Origin: Camelus ferus | Lineage: Eukaryota | Reading direction: 5' to 3' | Length of the DNA stretch: 64,000 bases | NCBI RefSeq assembly: GCF_009834535.1 | Contig: NC_045696.1 | Span: 5,644,001 to 5,708,000 of the forward strand | Shown here: piece by piece, positions 1 to 14,100 of the stretch | Position numbering within the stretch: the first letter of the stretch is position 1 | Layout of the letters: the number at the start of each line of letters is the position of its first letter | Translations under genes and position numbers: made by a program | Notes under the pieces: model-generated | The model's database searches: none | The model's input: only the letters and a program-made list of their open reading frames with translations | What the model was told of the DNA's origin: nothing

Positions 1-122
1 GTTAATCCATTAACTTACCTTCATTTATTGACAAGGGAAACTTATTTATGATTTAGACCATACTATTTCCAAACATGTTTATGGGTTGGTGTGTAATACT
101 TTTGACAAAAAGAGCAAATAAT

Positions 123-508
123 GGTTGATCTAAGAAAGAAATGGAAATTTTATTTGAACCAGGCTGAGGATTACAACCTGGGAGACAGCCTTTCAGAAAG
201 CTCTGAGGGCAGTTCTGCCCATTAGAGGTCAAAGCACAGTTATGTAAGTTTTTTAGACAGAGGTTATATGTCAAACGTATTATTGACAGTTTACACAATC
301 CAGATCTACACTACAAAGCAGTGGGGTCACTGCACCTTACCAGATTAAGACGGAAGGTTATCTTCTAAGGAGTCATGACCTTTCATGAGATTAAGAAGGA
401 ATGTCTCCTCAGGAGACTGGTTAATGCAGACGTATGATACACACCCAAGGGAGGGGGAGGCCCAACCAGCAGAGAAAGTTTTTATGTTTGAATTTTCTTG
501 TCTTGCCA
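123..508 (-). mobile_element. ERV1-type solo LTR fragment
   Basis: Its reverse complement (cagagctttctgaaaggctgtctcccaggttgtaatcctcag) resembles the 3' part of the LTR at ~2270-2320. Confidence 0.55.
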
Positions 509-1197
509 GAAAATACGAATTGTATTTCATCAATATCAACACACTTTTGAAAACTGAGAACAGTAAAATAAACTTCCAAAAGGGAGTGAAAGTCGTGGTG
601 TAAAAAGAATTGCATTTAAAACCAAAGATGAGATACATACTACGACTGGCATAAGCTTTGATCTTTATGAAAACCACAGTGAGGGGGAAAGAGAAGGCAG
701 GACAAAAGTGGGAGCAGGAGAGGGGAGGAGAGCTGGAATCCTTGGAGGCGCATACAGGGAGATGCACAAACCCACGTGGAAGGACAGAACTGCCCAGCTC
801 TAAATGCAGAGACATTTACTAAAAGCGTTCCTGAAACGCTGCCCAGCATGGTACCACAGTCTCACGACGCCAACCCCACTCTACAGAGGATGGAGGAATT
901 TTCAAGGGGTTCTTCCTTATGCCTCCCCACAACAAAAGCACAAATCATAACTTTAAATCGGAGCTACCTAAAAGTGCTTCTGTGGGGAATTACTCAATAA
1001 AAACATCATCTGTGCCCGTTACTTTGTAGTCATCTTGTTTTAAAATTATATGCATAGGAAGTTACAGGGTAATAAACTAAAATGCTAACCTTTTATCTCT
1101 GAGGAATGAGATTGTGGCCAATTTTTAAGTTTATTCTTGGCATTTTTTCTACTATGATTTCCTTTTTTGTTTGGGTTGTGTTGCTGTTGTCGTTTAG

Positions 1198-1277
1198 TGG
1201 AGGTCCTGGGGACTGAAGCTGGGACCTCGTGCATGCTAAGCACATGCCCTGCCTCTGAGCTACACCCACCTCCTCCC
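1198..1277 (-). mobile_element. tRNA-derived SINE (Vic-1-like, camelid)
   Basis: Reverse complement gtgtagctcagaggcag...gcatgcacgaggtccc; A/B-box layout. Confidence 0.8.
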
Positions 1278-1965
1278 AATATTCTATAATGAACATACCT
1301 TTATAATCAGGAGAAAAAAAGGCTTTAAAATAAAAACAAGAAATCCATTTCCTGTAGTCTGGTAGACAAGATACTCTGTCACTCCTGCTGTAAAAAAGCT
1401 AAAAATGCTGTATTAACTATACAAACATATTTTTTAATCAGTTGCTCAGCTGGTAAACACCAGGGAAAGTGGGTGCCCAGGGTGGCAAGGAAGCAGAGCT
1501 CTGAAGTCAGCTTCTGCCTAGCGGGCATTTGCTAAGTATCCAAAAAGCCTTCAGGACAAAACCCAGAGGACAAAGTCAGCCCAAGTAGGTGCCCAACAGG
1601 GGGTCCTTCCCACAAACTGGGACATCCAGCCGCCGTGCGCTACCAAAATTGTCTTAACTCTGAACCTCTGTAGCCACAAGCAGCCCTCATCCTGCTGGAG
1701 AGTCTGAAATTGGGTTACCTGGTCTCTATAATCTAAAATTAAAGTTTAAAGAGATCTAGGCTGGTGGTACCCCCATGGCAGTAGAAATGCAAATCTTCTC
1801 AAGAAGAACCTACCTTTAACCCCGCCCTCAAGAAATTCCCCCAGAGAGGTAAGGAAAAAACACAAGAAAGCAAGGAGCAACAGGATCAGATTTGCAAACA
1901 CTCTGCATTTTAGTAGTAGTATATGGGGACAAAGAAAGTCACCTGCAGCTTCAGTAAACAAAGGA

Positions 1966-2372
1966 TGTCGTGGCCATAAAGCCATCAGTCACGGCAGGGG
2001 CCCCTGATGGTGCACCCTGAGGGGCACTCAGGACAGAGAAAGACAGGACACAGGCCCTAGATAATTAAGAAGCATATTAAAGGAATAATTTTAAAAGCCC
2101 AGACTCTTGCATCTTCCCATACATAGAAAAGCACTAAAATCATTAACTTGAGATGCCCATTTTTTGTGATTAGCAGTAATCTTTTGAAGTTCAACTACAT
2201 GGTTGTTTTTTTTTTTCCAGCTAAAAACTCCTATATATCCTGGCTCCTGCTTTACTATTCTGGAACAGTCCTTCAGAGCTATCTGATAGGCTGCCTTCCC
2301 GGGCTATAGTCCTCAGGAGTAACAAAACATAATTCTCAACTTTTATGTTGTGCATTTTTTCCCCAGTTAAAA
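1966..2372 (+). mobile_element. ERV1-type solo LTR
   Basis: TG start, TATA-like ctatatat at ~2231, LTR-like U3/R composition; family not determined. Confidence 0.55.
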
Positions 2373-2673
2373 ATACACAGAAAATAAATGTTTCAAGAAA
2401 TAAAAGTTTTTAAAAATATGAATAAAAAGAACAATTACTCAGTATATGTAACAAAAACCTCAGAAGACATATACTACTTTAATTTAAATTAACTCAGTAA
2501 ACAGGCTGAACAGCAGAAGAGACCAGACTGAAGAAAGTAGAAAGACTGAGCTGAAGAAATGATCCCTAGGAAAGCTCAGCGAGGCAAAAGGAAAATACCA
2601 GAATGAGGTTCACAGACACGAATAGAGAGAAAGAGTTTAACACATTGTTTCTGAAGAAGAAGGAAGAGAGAAT

Positions 2674-3377
2674 GTGGTTGAACCCAAGTCCATGTGCCTG
2701 ATGCCCGTGAGGCCAAACAAGCCGAGATGTCGCATTTTGGAGCAGAGAAACGTGTGCTGCGGGGCCCAGCAAGGAGGACGGGCCATTCGTCCTCAAAAGA
2801 CTCCAACTTCCTGATGGGTCTTAGGGAAGAGTTTTTAAAGGCAAAATTTGGTGTGACTTTTTCTGACTGGTTGGTGAGGAGGTAACAGAGATGTTCCAGG
2901 AATCATGTGCTCAGCCTAAAGTTACCCTCCTCCACGTGGGGGGAGCCTTAGTTCCTGTAAAAAAAAACTCCAAGATGTGCATCAGATTGTTATGCATGCC
3001 CCTGGAGGAGGAACTAGGGCTCTGCTTTACTGCTGCTCTATTGTTTTGTTTTGTTGGGGGCGAAGGTAATTAGGTTTATTTATTCATTTATTTTAATGGA
3101 GGTGCTGGGGATGGAACCCAGGACCTCGTGCATGCTAGGCACGTGCTCTACCACTACAGCTATACCCTGCCCCCCCCTCAATTACTGCACTATTGTTCTT
3201 GACTGCTTTTCCTTTGTTTCTATATTTCCTCACTTTCCTAATTAGTAACCACTTGAATCTGCCCTTTGGAACCCAAGGAAGGTCTAGGAGACTGAAACTT
3301 TTTCCCTATAAATAAGAAACAGGGGACACAGAGGGGCTTGGGTACTCAAGGGCCCCACAGGGTCCTGATCGAGTTCA
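2674..3377 (-). mobile_element. ERV1-type solo LTR carrying a SINE insertion
   Basis: Reverse complement of 3200-3377 aligns by eye with 3898-4075. Confidence 0.65.
3056..3178 (-). mobile_element. tRNA-derived SINE (Vic-1-like)
   Basis: Same family; tail aaacctaattacc. Confidence 0.85.
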
Positions 3378-3897
3378 AGAATGGAGCAGGACTAATGTTT
3401 CCAGAACTGACAAAGAATATGAATCCGTTGATTTAGAAAGCCTAATAAACTCTAAACGAAATAAGCAGAAATAAAAAGAAATTCACCCCCAGCTAGATCA
3501 CAATGAAAATGCAGAGCACCAAACACAAAGAGAAAATCTTAAAAGCGCCTACAAGAAAAAAGAAGCTTATCATCAAAGGCGCAGCAACTGCACTTCTCAG
3601 GAGCAACAAAGGAGGCAGGAGACTGGCCAGTATTTTTAACAGGCTGACAGAAGCACTGTTACCCCAGAATCATACACCTTCTGAAAGTACCAACAATAAC
3701 GGAGAGCTCACTTCCACAGCACACACGTGAAAATTAGAACCATTCAGAGAAGACGAGCACCACCCCTGCACAAAGATGACATGAACCTTGTGAAGCATTC
3801 CATATTCGGGGGAAAAAAGAATGAGATGTATTTTCAGAGAAGTGAAAACAGTTTGCCACCATCAGAGCCTCTCCAAAGGAAATTCTAAAGCAGAGAC

Positions 3898-4583
3898 TGA
3901 GACCCAGCAGGACACTGCGGGGCCCTCCCAGGTACAAAAGGCCCTCCATGTCCCAGCTTCTTGTTTATTGAAAAAGGCTTTAGTCGCCTAGGCCTTCCCA
4001 GAGTTCCAAAGAGCAGACTCGAGCAGTTACTAATTAGGGACGTGAAGGCAGGCAGAAACAAAGGAAAAGCAATCAAGCAAGGAAAGTAACAACAGTTTAA
4101 ACAACAGTCAGCAGTAAAACAGAGTTCCCGTTCCTCCTCAAGGAATAAACGTAACCATCTGATGCAGACCTTTGAGTCCTTCTGTAGAAACTAAGACCCT
4201 CACCCAGGTGGAGGCTGGTGGCCATACACTGACCAACAGCAGCGGACACCAGACTGGTTGGAACCAGATGGCTAATGATTAAATTTTTCAGAACCACCTT
4301 GTTACCAATCAGAAGGAAGTCCGTGAGCTGCAACCCTCACCCTGAATGTTGCCTTTAAAAACCCTCCCCTACTCCCCTCATATTTAATTAAAACATAAGA
4401 TAAAAACCCTCCCCTAAAAGCCGTCCATCGGGGAGTTCGGGTCCTCTGAGCTCAAGCTGCCCACTCTCCTTGCTCAGCACCCTGCAAATAAATAAACACT
4501 GTACATTCCTTCATCACAACCGGTGTCAGTAGGTTGGCTTTGCTGTGCCGTGGGCAAGCGGATCCAAACCCAGTTTGGTGACA
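3898..4583 (+). mobile_element. ERV1-type solo LTR
   Basis: TG...CA ends, 4-bp TSD agac/agat, AATAAA at ~4487. Confidence 0.7.
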
Positions 4584-4589
4584 AGATCA

Positions 4590-4780
4590 AACTTTTCCTG
4601 GAAAGGACCAGATACTACATATTTTCGGCTGCCTGGGCCAGGTACCCTGTGTCATAACCGTTGCTCAGCTCCACCGCTGCACCAGGAAAAAGCCCAGACG
4701 ACGTGTAAACGGGCCTGACTACGTTCCAATAAAACAGACACGCTGCCGCCTACGGGCCACGTCCAGCTGCTGCCTAGTTT
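4590..4780 (+). mobile_element. MER58-like hAT-Charlie remnant
   Basis: aacttttcctggaaaggaccagatactacatattttcggc...gttccaataaaac resembles the MER58A consensus as I recall it. Confidence 0.5.
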
Positions 4781-5137
4781 TTCAAATAGTGGTTTGTTAA
4801 CCCTGTTCTAACATAGACTTCAGGCAGAAGGAGGGTATTTTGAGATAAAAGATCTCTCATGCAAGACAGTGGCAAATGTGTGAGTAATTCTAAACAGACA
4901 TCACTGTTGTACACAAGTGCTGCCTCGAGGGGTTACAAAAACGGAAGCTGGAGCCCAGCATAGCTGTACCGCGTTAACTACACGCAGGTGCGCACAGGAG
5001 GGAAGTTAGGCTTACGCTGCAGATGGGGACAGTAAAATATTAACTTAAACATTGATAATTTTCTAGTGTAAGCACTAAAACAAAAAAATCAAATAACTTC
5101 AAAAAGTATGGCAGAGGGACGTGAAAAACAAAAGTAA

Positions 5138-5975
5138 TGGTGAGATAATAGAAAATGTATGGTGGTCTCCGCCTCCGCTTCCCGGCCCGGAGCTCCTGGA
5201 ACCCTGGGAATTCCTAAGTGACAGGAGCACCAGGAGCATCGTTTGTCCCAGCGTCTGGTCCCTTCCTGACACAGGACTCCTGAAACCCTTGTCACTCCCT
5301 GGGTGACAGGCGTGTCCTTTGTTCTAACGAGGTGACTGGGTGGCTCCTGGATGGGAGCTGATCGCCACAAAGAACAAGCCGTGGTTAGAAGCTTAGAACT
5401 TGCAGCCCTGCCCCACATTCTCAAGAGGGGACAAGGGCTGGAAATGGAGTTAATGATTGACCGCGCCTACGGGATGGAGCCGCCACGAAATCCCAGAAGT
5501 GCAGGGTGGGGAGCTTCTGGGTTGGTGACCACGTGAAGGTTTGGGGAGACTGGCGTGCCTAGAGAGGGCACAGAAGCTCCTGCCCCTTCCCACATACCCT
5601 CCCCACACATCGCTTCCTCTGCACATTCATCTCTGTCCTTTACCACATCTTTTTATAATTATCTGGTGAACAGAAAGTGAACGGTTTTCCTGAGTTCTGT
5701 GAGTCACTCTAGCAAATTAATCCAACCTGAGGAGGGGGCCGTGGGACCCTCTGACTTACAGCTGATCAGTCAGAGGCACAGGTGACAACCTGGACTTGGG
5801 ACGGGCATCTGAAGTGGGGAGCAGTCCTATGGGCCTTAACCTGTGGGATCTGATGATCTCGCCAGGTAAAGAGTGTCAGAATTGAGTTAACTTGTTGGAC
5901 ACCCACTGGTGTCCCCGAGAATTGCTTGTTATGGGGTAAAAGCCGCACACATTTGGTGATCAGAAGTGTCAGGAG
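5138..5975 (+). mobile_element. MER21-like LTR
   Basis: Motifs ttcctgacacaggactcctgaaacc, ctgagttctgtgagtcactctagcaaatta and gtgtcagaattgagtt. Confidence 0.65.
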
Positions 5976-6099
5976 GAGAGTGTTCCGTGTGAGCAGTGAA
6001 GGGACTGCACGGGAGAAACACAGGAGGAGGAAAGAACTACAGGTTCTCCTGAAACAGCTGAAAAGGAGAAAAAAGAAAACAGAAAAAAGTGGAACAAAT

Positions 6100-7960
6100 A
6101 AAAACAAAAATAAAAGCACAAAATAATATGGCATAAATCCGAATATATCAGTAATTTCAATATGTTCCAGTTAAAAGACAATATGGGTTAGATTTTTAAA
6201 ATACAGCTGTGTGCTCTCTACACATATATCTAAGCCACTGAGATACAGAAAGTCACGGGGAGACAAAAGGCTTGCCAGGCAAAGGCCATTCAAATGAGAG
6301 TTGGTGTTTATCAAAAAAAACAGACCTGAAGGCAAAAATTATTACTGGAGAAAACACAGGTTACCGTAGAAAAGAGCCCAATCCACTAGGAAGCCGCATA
6401 AGTCCTACACATACATACATTTAAAAATAACTTAGAAGCACACAGCAAAACTTGACATAACTGCAAGTCTACATCACAGTGCCTTCATCAGTAATGGACA
6501 GCTCAGCAAATAAAAGAGCAGTAGTGTAACTACAGATAAGGATTTGGTAAGATACTGGTTAAGTCTGACCTAATGGACACACACACAGAAGACCACCCCC
6601 CACAATTTTAAAGCTTGTATTTCCCATCACATACGGAGCATTTACAATTGTATCCCAGTATATTTGGAAGTTGAGAAGAAATAGATAAATCCCCACACTA
6701 AGATGCCTAATATGACTCAAGAAGAAACATTAAACTGAATAACCCTACAATCACTAAAGAAACTGAAATCAGGAGTTAAAAACCTCCCAATAAAAATAAG
6801 AGAAAACCCAGCTTTTACCAGCAAGTTCAACATACCTGCAAAGAGTCAATCATTCAGACCTTAAGCAACCTGGCCCAGGATACAAAACCAGGAGAAACAC
6901 TCTCTGGCTCACTCTCACAAGGCTTGCAGAACCCTGACACCAAAACCAGATGAAGAGAGGTGAGTCCACACTCATCACTTCTACTCAACATCATACTGGA
7001 CATTCCCCCAGAGCGGTTAGGCACACAAAAGAAGAAAAAGTGTTCATTGGAAAGGAAGAAGTAAAACTCTCTCTGTTCACAGGTGACATGGTCTTATACA
7101 TGGGAAATGCTAAGGAATCCACTAAAAAACTACTGAAACTGCTAAATGAGTTCTGAAGGTTGCATGAAACAAGATCAATGTACAAGTATCAATTTCTATA
7201 CACTCGTAACAAAAAACCTGAAATTAAACTTCACAACAATTCCACTTATCATATTGAAAAGAATAAAATACTTAATGAATAAATTTAACAAAATAAGTAC
7301 AAAACCTGTCATCTGAAAACTACAGAACACTGTTGAAAGAAACTAAAGATCTAAATAAATGGAAAGGCACCCATGTTCAGGGGTTGGAAGACTTGATGTC
7401 GTTAAGACAGCAGTACTCCCCAAACTGACAGACTCAACAGCCCCTACAGAATCCCAGCTTCTTTGTGGAAATTGAAAAGCTGATCCTAAAATTCATATGG
7501 AATTGCAAGGGACCTAGGATTGCCAAACGATCTTTAAAAAGAACAAAACTGGAGGGTTCATACTCCCCAATTTCAAAACTTATTACCAAGTAACAGTAAT
7601 CAAAACATTGGGGAACAGGTGTGAGGACAGACACGTGGATGGAATAGAACTGCCAGTCCAGAAATAAGCCCACGTATCAACAGTCAACTGACTTTTGACA
7701 AGGTTACCAAGACCACTCAATGGGGAAATAACCTCGTCAATAAATGGTGCTTGGACAACTGGATATCCACATACAAAAGAATAAAGTTGAACCCTTACCC
7801 CTCTCTGTATATAAAATTAACTCAAAATGAACCAAAGACCTAAATGTAAAAGCTGAAACTCTTAGACAAAAACATAGGTGTAAGTCTTTGACCTTGGCTC
7901 TGGCAATGGATTCTTAGAGATGACACCAAAAGAACAAGCAACAACAAACATAACTGCAAA
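6100..7960 (+). mobile_element. Old degenerate L1 ORF2 fragments (L1M-type); additional L1 ORF1 remnants at ~2400-2660 and ~3380-3890
   Basis: IGKEEVKLSLFTGDMVLYMGNAKESTKKLLKL (RT FADDM-like region); gaaaagctgatcctaaaattcatatgg. Confidence 0.85.
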
Positions 7961-10228
7961 AGCTACACAATATTCATTCAATTTAAGATTGAACTCAGTG
8001 GCAGGAGTCAGTATTCTGAGGGTGGAAAGAGGGATGCACACACTTTGTGCTGCCGACGTGCGGGCAGAAAAGCGGACCCACCCAAACAAGAACAGTGAAC
8101 CCAGAGAGAAAATGAGCCGTCTGCCCCGGGATCCGCAGGGTGTGCAGAGCACCACACACGGAGCTTTGGATCTGGTGACACCACCGATCAGCTGTGTCCT
8201 GAAGACTTGTAAGAGAGCAGCACCCTACAAGATTCTAGTAAGTGTTCATTGGTAACCCCTCAACTATGAAAATAATCTTCCTGTGAAAGGTATACATGGC
8301 CCTAGTAGAAAACGATTACCTGAGTTTTTCTTTTTTTAAATTAAATATTCCTGGGTAATTACTAAAGACATGCTGGGAGGGGTACAAAAAGGCCAAGAAA
8401 CAGTCGGTGACCCTGAAGGCACTTGCCGCATTCACAGGAAGAAAATCCTTTATCACACACACAAAAACATCTAAAACATTAGGAATAAAAACAGGTAACA
8501 GCAGACACAAGTCAATACACAATTAGGTGGCAGATCAGTCATACTGATACTACTTAAGATGCTCAGGTGAGGAGAGGAAGGAAAAAGACAACACAATGCT
8601 CTAAGGTGGTCCAGAGAAGGCTTCATACAGTGTTAAAGCCAATTAAATATAGACTGACAGGAACATCAGCGTGCCCGGGTGCGCACGCACACACGCACAC
8701 ACACACACCGCCCCCACAGAGAGCTATGTTTGTGTAAGAAAAACCACGGGCGGCCAGAGTCTGACCAGGTCAGGGAAGAGTAAATGAGTTTAGTTAGCAT
8801 TCCACCCACTTGCGGTGGCAACAGAAGAACTATATTAACCTCTGACAGAAATGACTGTGGATTTGTAAATAGAAAGATTTCCCTGCTTGACTTACCATAA
8901 ATAGAAAGGAGAACGAACTTGCACGAAGAGAGCTTCAGCTGTACTTTAAATCAAACACATGTCTATTTTCATATGCAGCCATAAACTAGATCCTGGACCT
9001 TTAATAGAAGCACAAAACCTAGAGCTATCTATACAACTTTAGAGGAGCGAAGGGCACGAACGTGACATCAGGAGTCCCAGTTCTGTGGAGTCGGAGGCGA
9101 CTCTGCTTCCTTCCTCCTTCTCTGTACTTTCCAAGCAGGATTAAAAACAAAACAAAAAAAAAGGCGACAAATAGTTTTTGTGGGGTTTTTTTTAGGTATT
9201 GTTTTTATAATTTTTTAAAGTTATTTTAAAAGCACACGTCAGTATTCATAACCATAAGGAATATCACTGTAAGAACCGCAGGAACTGGTTACAGCAGGAA
9301 ATCCCGGAAACCTGGGCCAGGTGAGAGCAGGTCAGGAGACGCACCTTCATCACACCCCTTTCTCTATCTTCTGAATTCAGTGCCACGTTTATTATCTATT
9401 TAAAAACAAACACCATTTTTCAAAAACCACAATGATGTGAAGCACAAGGGATATTTAAATGTCCCCTACTTAACCTTCACAAACTATTAATGAACGTGGA
9501 AAGAATTAGCAGCTGTGAACTCTAAATCCTTTCCCCCAGCCTTAGTGAACGTGTCAGAATCCTGGCAGGATTAACTGAAAGAATATACCGTAAGCAGATA
9601 AACAAGGGTCCTGTCAGGGAGGCTTTACACGGATCAGTGGTCCGAGGACATCCCGGGCACGCATCCCTGGCCACCCGACTGTTCACTGTGTGACCTGCCA
9701 CTTCTGCCCGCAGCTCCCGAAAAACAGGCGTGGGGCACGTGGCCTCGAAGGGACCTGAGCCCCTGCAGATTCCTCGTGCGGCGACTCCTCCGCAGGTCGC
9801 TGCTCATCCTCGGTGGCTAAAATGTTCCCGGTGTGGTGACTGGATGTGGGATGCTGGTGTCCGAGTCCTCCACGATGCTTGTCCGCTATAAATACGGCCA
9901 TGTCCCCTGCTCCGCCTCCTTCCTCAAAGCTAAGTCAACTGGGTGCCCGTATGTCTGAGAGGGGAGGGGACCATGAAACCCACTCTGGTGACGATAAACT
10001 AACGCAGTACAGCACTGTCTTTCACAGCACAATTAGCAGAAATAATAACGAACTTATTACACCATCAGAGAATACAGGAATACAAAAATGACCTTGTCAA
10101 AACTGATGACAGAATTCAGCTTTATGTGGCTGTGGCCCACTTAGTTAATGGGTATGGTCCTCTGCCACAGACTGGTCGTAGCAAATATGTGGCCACAAGG
10201 AAAGAAGTCACATAGCACTTGCAAAAAC

Positions 10229-10234
10229 TTTAAT
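10229..10234 (-). terminator. Probable GET1 polyadenylation signal ATTAAA
   Basis: tttaat on the + strand, at the end of an ~830-nt AT-rich stretch after the stop, followed by a GT/T-rich segment on the minus strand. Confidence 0.55.
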
Positions 10235-11062
10235 TAGAAAAAAATGTTTTTAAAAATACTTAGCAGAATTAAATTTTATGGGCCAAATGTATATCCATTC
10301 AAATTAATTTAATCAGATTTCCTAGGTTGTTTTTAAACTTTGTTCCTTATACAGAGTATAAATATTAAATGCTTTAAAATTACCCTTCATTTGAAATGCT
10401 TTAAATATAAAACACACAGTTCAAGCACAAAACAATGCATTATGGTCTCAGAAATACATTTATAAAACACAATAATGAAAAATTAACAGCTTCGAATAAG
10501 TAGACAATACTAAATGAAGTCCTGCCCAACAAATGACATTTTAAACAAGAGGAAGGAAAGAACACAAGCAATGTCAGTTAGTGTTATTCTCTCAGAAGTT
10601 CTGCATGAGATTAAAAAATAAATTTTCAAACTCTAGTAGTGGTATTAAAATTAAGTTATTTTCTAGTCAGGATTAAAAATAGCACAAAGTCTTTAAAGTA
10701 CTTAAGTTATTAAATAACTTTGACTTTCCAGCTGTCAATGTGACCTTTAAAATATATCAAGAGTGTAAATCACAAGTAACAAAATGCCACCTCCCACAAT
10801 GTCACACATTTCTTACTACAAATCTGGTGTCATGCTGGACGGTGCTTACGTGTGAGACTGACATTTACGGGTCATGACAAATACCCAAATTCACGATTCT
10901 TACGAGAATCTGACAAAGCCCAAGAACAAACACGTTCAACCAAAAAACTAACTTGTGTTTCCTTTAAAAAACAAAAAACAATGAAAGAGTATAAATCAGA
11001 TTTTTAACCTCCCAACTGAAAATCCATTTTTTAAAGTGTCAGAGCTATATTCAACTTCTTTT

Positions 11063-11136
11063 TCAGCTGAAAGGGTGGAGCACAATAGCCACAACTTTGT
11101 TACAGACTAAAATCCAACAGGTAATTCCAACACCAC
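11063..11136 (-). CDS. GET1: GET1 exon 5 coding part with TGA stop
   Basis: ttag|GT GGT GTT GGA ATT ACC TGT TGG...CCT TTC AGC TGA. Confidence 0.95.
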
Positions 11137-14100
11137 CTAAAAACGAGGAAATATAAGGTAAGAGCATGCCCGGAGTTGCGCCCACATTTCCTGCCTCTGC
11201 TACCTTATTTACAGGCAGTAAGAGCACTTCAGTTCTTTCTGAGTCCTGCTGGGCTAAGACTGCGTTCCGTGGTGCAAAATGTTCAGACTTTCTACTGATT
11301 CACAGAGCTGCCTTTATTAAGCAGGAATTAGTCAGAACAATGAACACTGATTCGAACCTCTCTTTCCTGCCAGAGAGATAGTATTTAGGAGATTAACAGA
11401 TTGTAAAACCACCCTGTCTGACAATTTGTTCTTCCCTTCTCACAAAAGCACTATAAACACCAAGCAGTTTGCCCGCACCTTTCCTGCCCCTCTGACGGCT
11501 GAGAGACAGGAAGACCAGGGGCAAGATGCCTGGAAGGGTGGCCTCTTGCTCCTGGGCTCAGCAACCCAGAGAACCACCAGCAGAGCCCTCCTGGGTGGGT
11601 GTGGAAAGGGGAAGGGGCGAAGGGGAGGCAGGGGGCGTGACTGAATTGGAAATCTTTGGAACGGTCATCCCTTTGGCTTAGGAAATCACCTCCACGTTAT
11701 CATAAATCGCAGCCAAAGGCCTACCGACAAGGATGTGCCCTGCACTATTCCCTACAGCAAAAAGTCCGGAAGCTAAATAAGTATCCTTCAACAGAGAGAC
11801 GTGTTAAACTAGGGTACATCCAACTGAAGAACAGCTATTCAAAATCCCTTAATAAAGAAATTTCTTAAGCTGTCCTCTCAGCACAGCCAGCAGCACCACC
11901 AGTCTCCTAATCCACAGCAGTTTACTGATACGGGAGAAGCATACATAACGTAAAGTAAAAGGGGCAAAAGTGTTCCCGTGTCAGACGACCTCTATTGTAT
12001 AAAAACAGATAGAAAAAAAGCTGGTATACCACAGTCTTTTTGTTAAGAGGTATCCATAGATAGTGAGACTTTTTTTTCACTGTTCTTTTATTTCTAATCA
12101 TTCTACAATGACATATACTGATTTTAACATCTGAAAGAAATTATCTTTCAAAAATGAAAGTGGCTGATAGCAGTAAATGCTGCGGACAGGCTAAGCATCG
12201 TGGGCCCTGAGACGGAAGCACAGGAGTTGGGAATTAGAGGTGGTGCTTCAATAAACGGGGTATCAGACCCCAGGAACTGGGCTTGGGTTCTGGGAGCAGG
12301 CTCGGGCTGAACTCTAGCTCTGCTGCTGAACACTTCAGTGGCACTGGACAAGTTAAAGAGCTTCTCCACACGTCAGTTTCTTCACTGCAGGCCTCGTGCG
12401 GGGCTGAGACACAGGGCACTGCCCACGGGCGGCAGGCTGACGTCGCGGACAGAGTCCCCACCACACACCTCCACACACGCCAGTCCGTGCTCTTCCACTG
12501 TGTTTCCAGAACCCTCTTACCTGCCACTCTAGTAGGAAATGCCACCAGGCGGTCTAGTGGAGTTATCCATTTGCTCGGCACCACGGCCACAGGGACGGAA
12601 TAATACTTCCAAATGAGCGAGACCATCAGGGTCGCCTGCAGAGACACGGCTGGTGAGTGGGAACATCCTGTCTGTCGCACAACCGACCGCTATGAAAGGT
12701 GGGGAAACGTGAAAGCAAACAACGGAAACTCTCCAAATCAACGATCTCAAGCTCTGTCGACCAACAGACACACAGGCACAGCCACCGCTCACGTGCACAC
12801 GCTGTTAAATTAGCTGATAAATTAAGCAAGATCTCCCATCAGACAGGTGTCCTCTCATTGAGCATCTCCTTCAAGCAGCCAGCTTGTGCTAAACACGCCT
12901 CGTCAGCGATGTTAGCTAGCTCTCCATCCGCGCACGAGTGCCGGCGCCCACGTGCAGAGCCGAGCCCGCTAAGTCTCGAGGCGGGTGGAGAAGCGTGGCT
13001 TTCTCGTCTGTTCCCAGCAGCGTTCCTTCAGCTGTCTTTCATCCGCCTCGTGGCCTATGCCACTCAAATGAGCAGAACTGAAAGAGGGCGTCTCGCTTAA
13101 CTCCTGTCCCCGGGAAACCTACCTCGAATCAAAGTGACAGTGCCTCAGGATCAACGCACTCAAATCTACCCAAGCAGCCTGCGCAGTGGGGGGCTGGGCC
13201 CGCATCCTTCACCCCAGCAGAGATCACACCAGCACGAACCTCAGCGATCACTTAAACCAGCCGCTGAAGTCTACACGCAGCAGACACGGGACCTTAGAGG
13301 ACGCAGCAGCAGGAAGAGTCCCACAGGAAAGGATACAAGGAGAAATCCCCCGGCTAAGAAAGTTGGGGCTCGGTGATACTGGACTTCAGTGACTGGCGTG
13401 TCCCCCATCTGGAGCGTGGACACTCATGTACGCGTCCGCACCCCATGTGACAAGAGGCGGCCCAAGTCACTGAAAACACCATGTCTAAATAAGCTTCCTC
13501 ACTTGGTCGCCCAGGCTCCCAACACTGCACTGAAATAAAGATGATATGAAAAGACTCCAGAGAAGCTCGTTTGCTAAAAAAATCCAATATTTAACAACTC
13601 TAAACGAGAAAGGCTAAAGAGACTAAAAGGAAGAAAGACTTTTTCTTTTTTAGTTTAACTTATAAATTCAGAGTGTTGAGAGTTGGCATGCCTGCAGGAC
13701 CATTCAACCCCACGGCTGGAAGTGGAAAAGCCTGAATTCCCAGGCCTGGTTTCTGGGGCCACACAGTTCTGGAGGACAGTCCATTATCAACTTTAACGGC
13801 TGCAGGTGACACAACAGGACACTTACTTGCAATATGTAGAAAGCAACGCTTATCACCCATTTTATCTTGGCCAGCTGAGCTGTCCGTGCTTTCACTGAAA
13901 GGAAAACCAGGATGATGATCATATTAGTCCTCAAAAATGAAGACAATATTCAAGTACACAGAAGTGTTATTTCCTCTCATAAAATATTTTCTAACTATGT
14001 ATGTGCTCAATATACCTAGAAAATATAAAATAGAATTTCTTAAAAGTCACCCGCTATGCTATTATTTAAAGTAGAATCACACACAGACTATGAGATATGA

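Noticed and set aside
1..1100. Possible LCA5L 3' end expected from human synteny; ORFs 345-815 and 385-603
   Set aside because: No recognisable LCA5L peptide; the ORFs partly overlap an LTR
5161..5310. Internal ~70-bp direct duplication
   Set aside because: Lies within the MER21-like LTR and is probably intrinsic to that element
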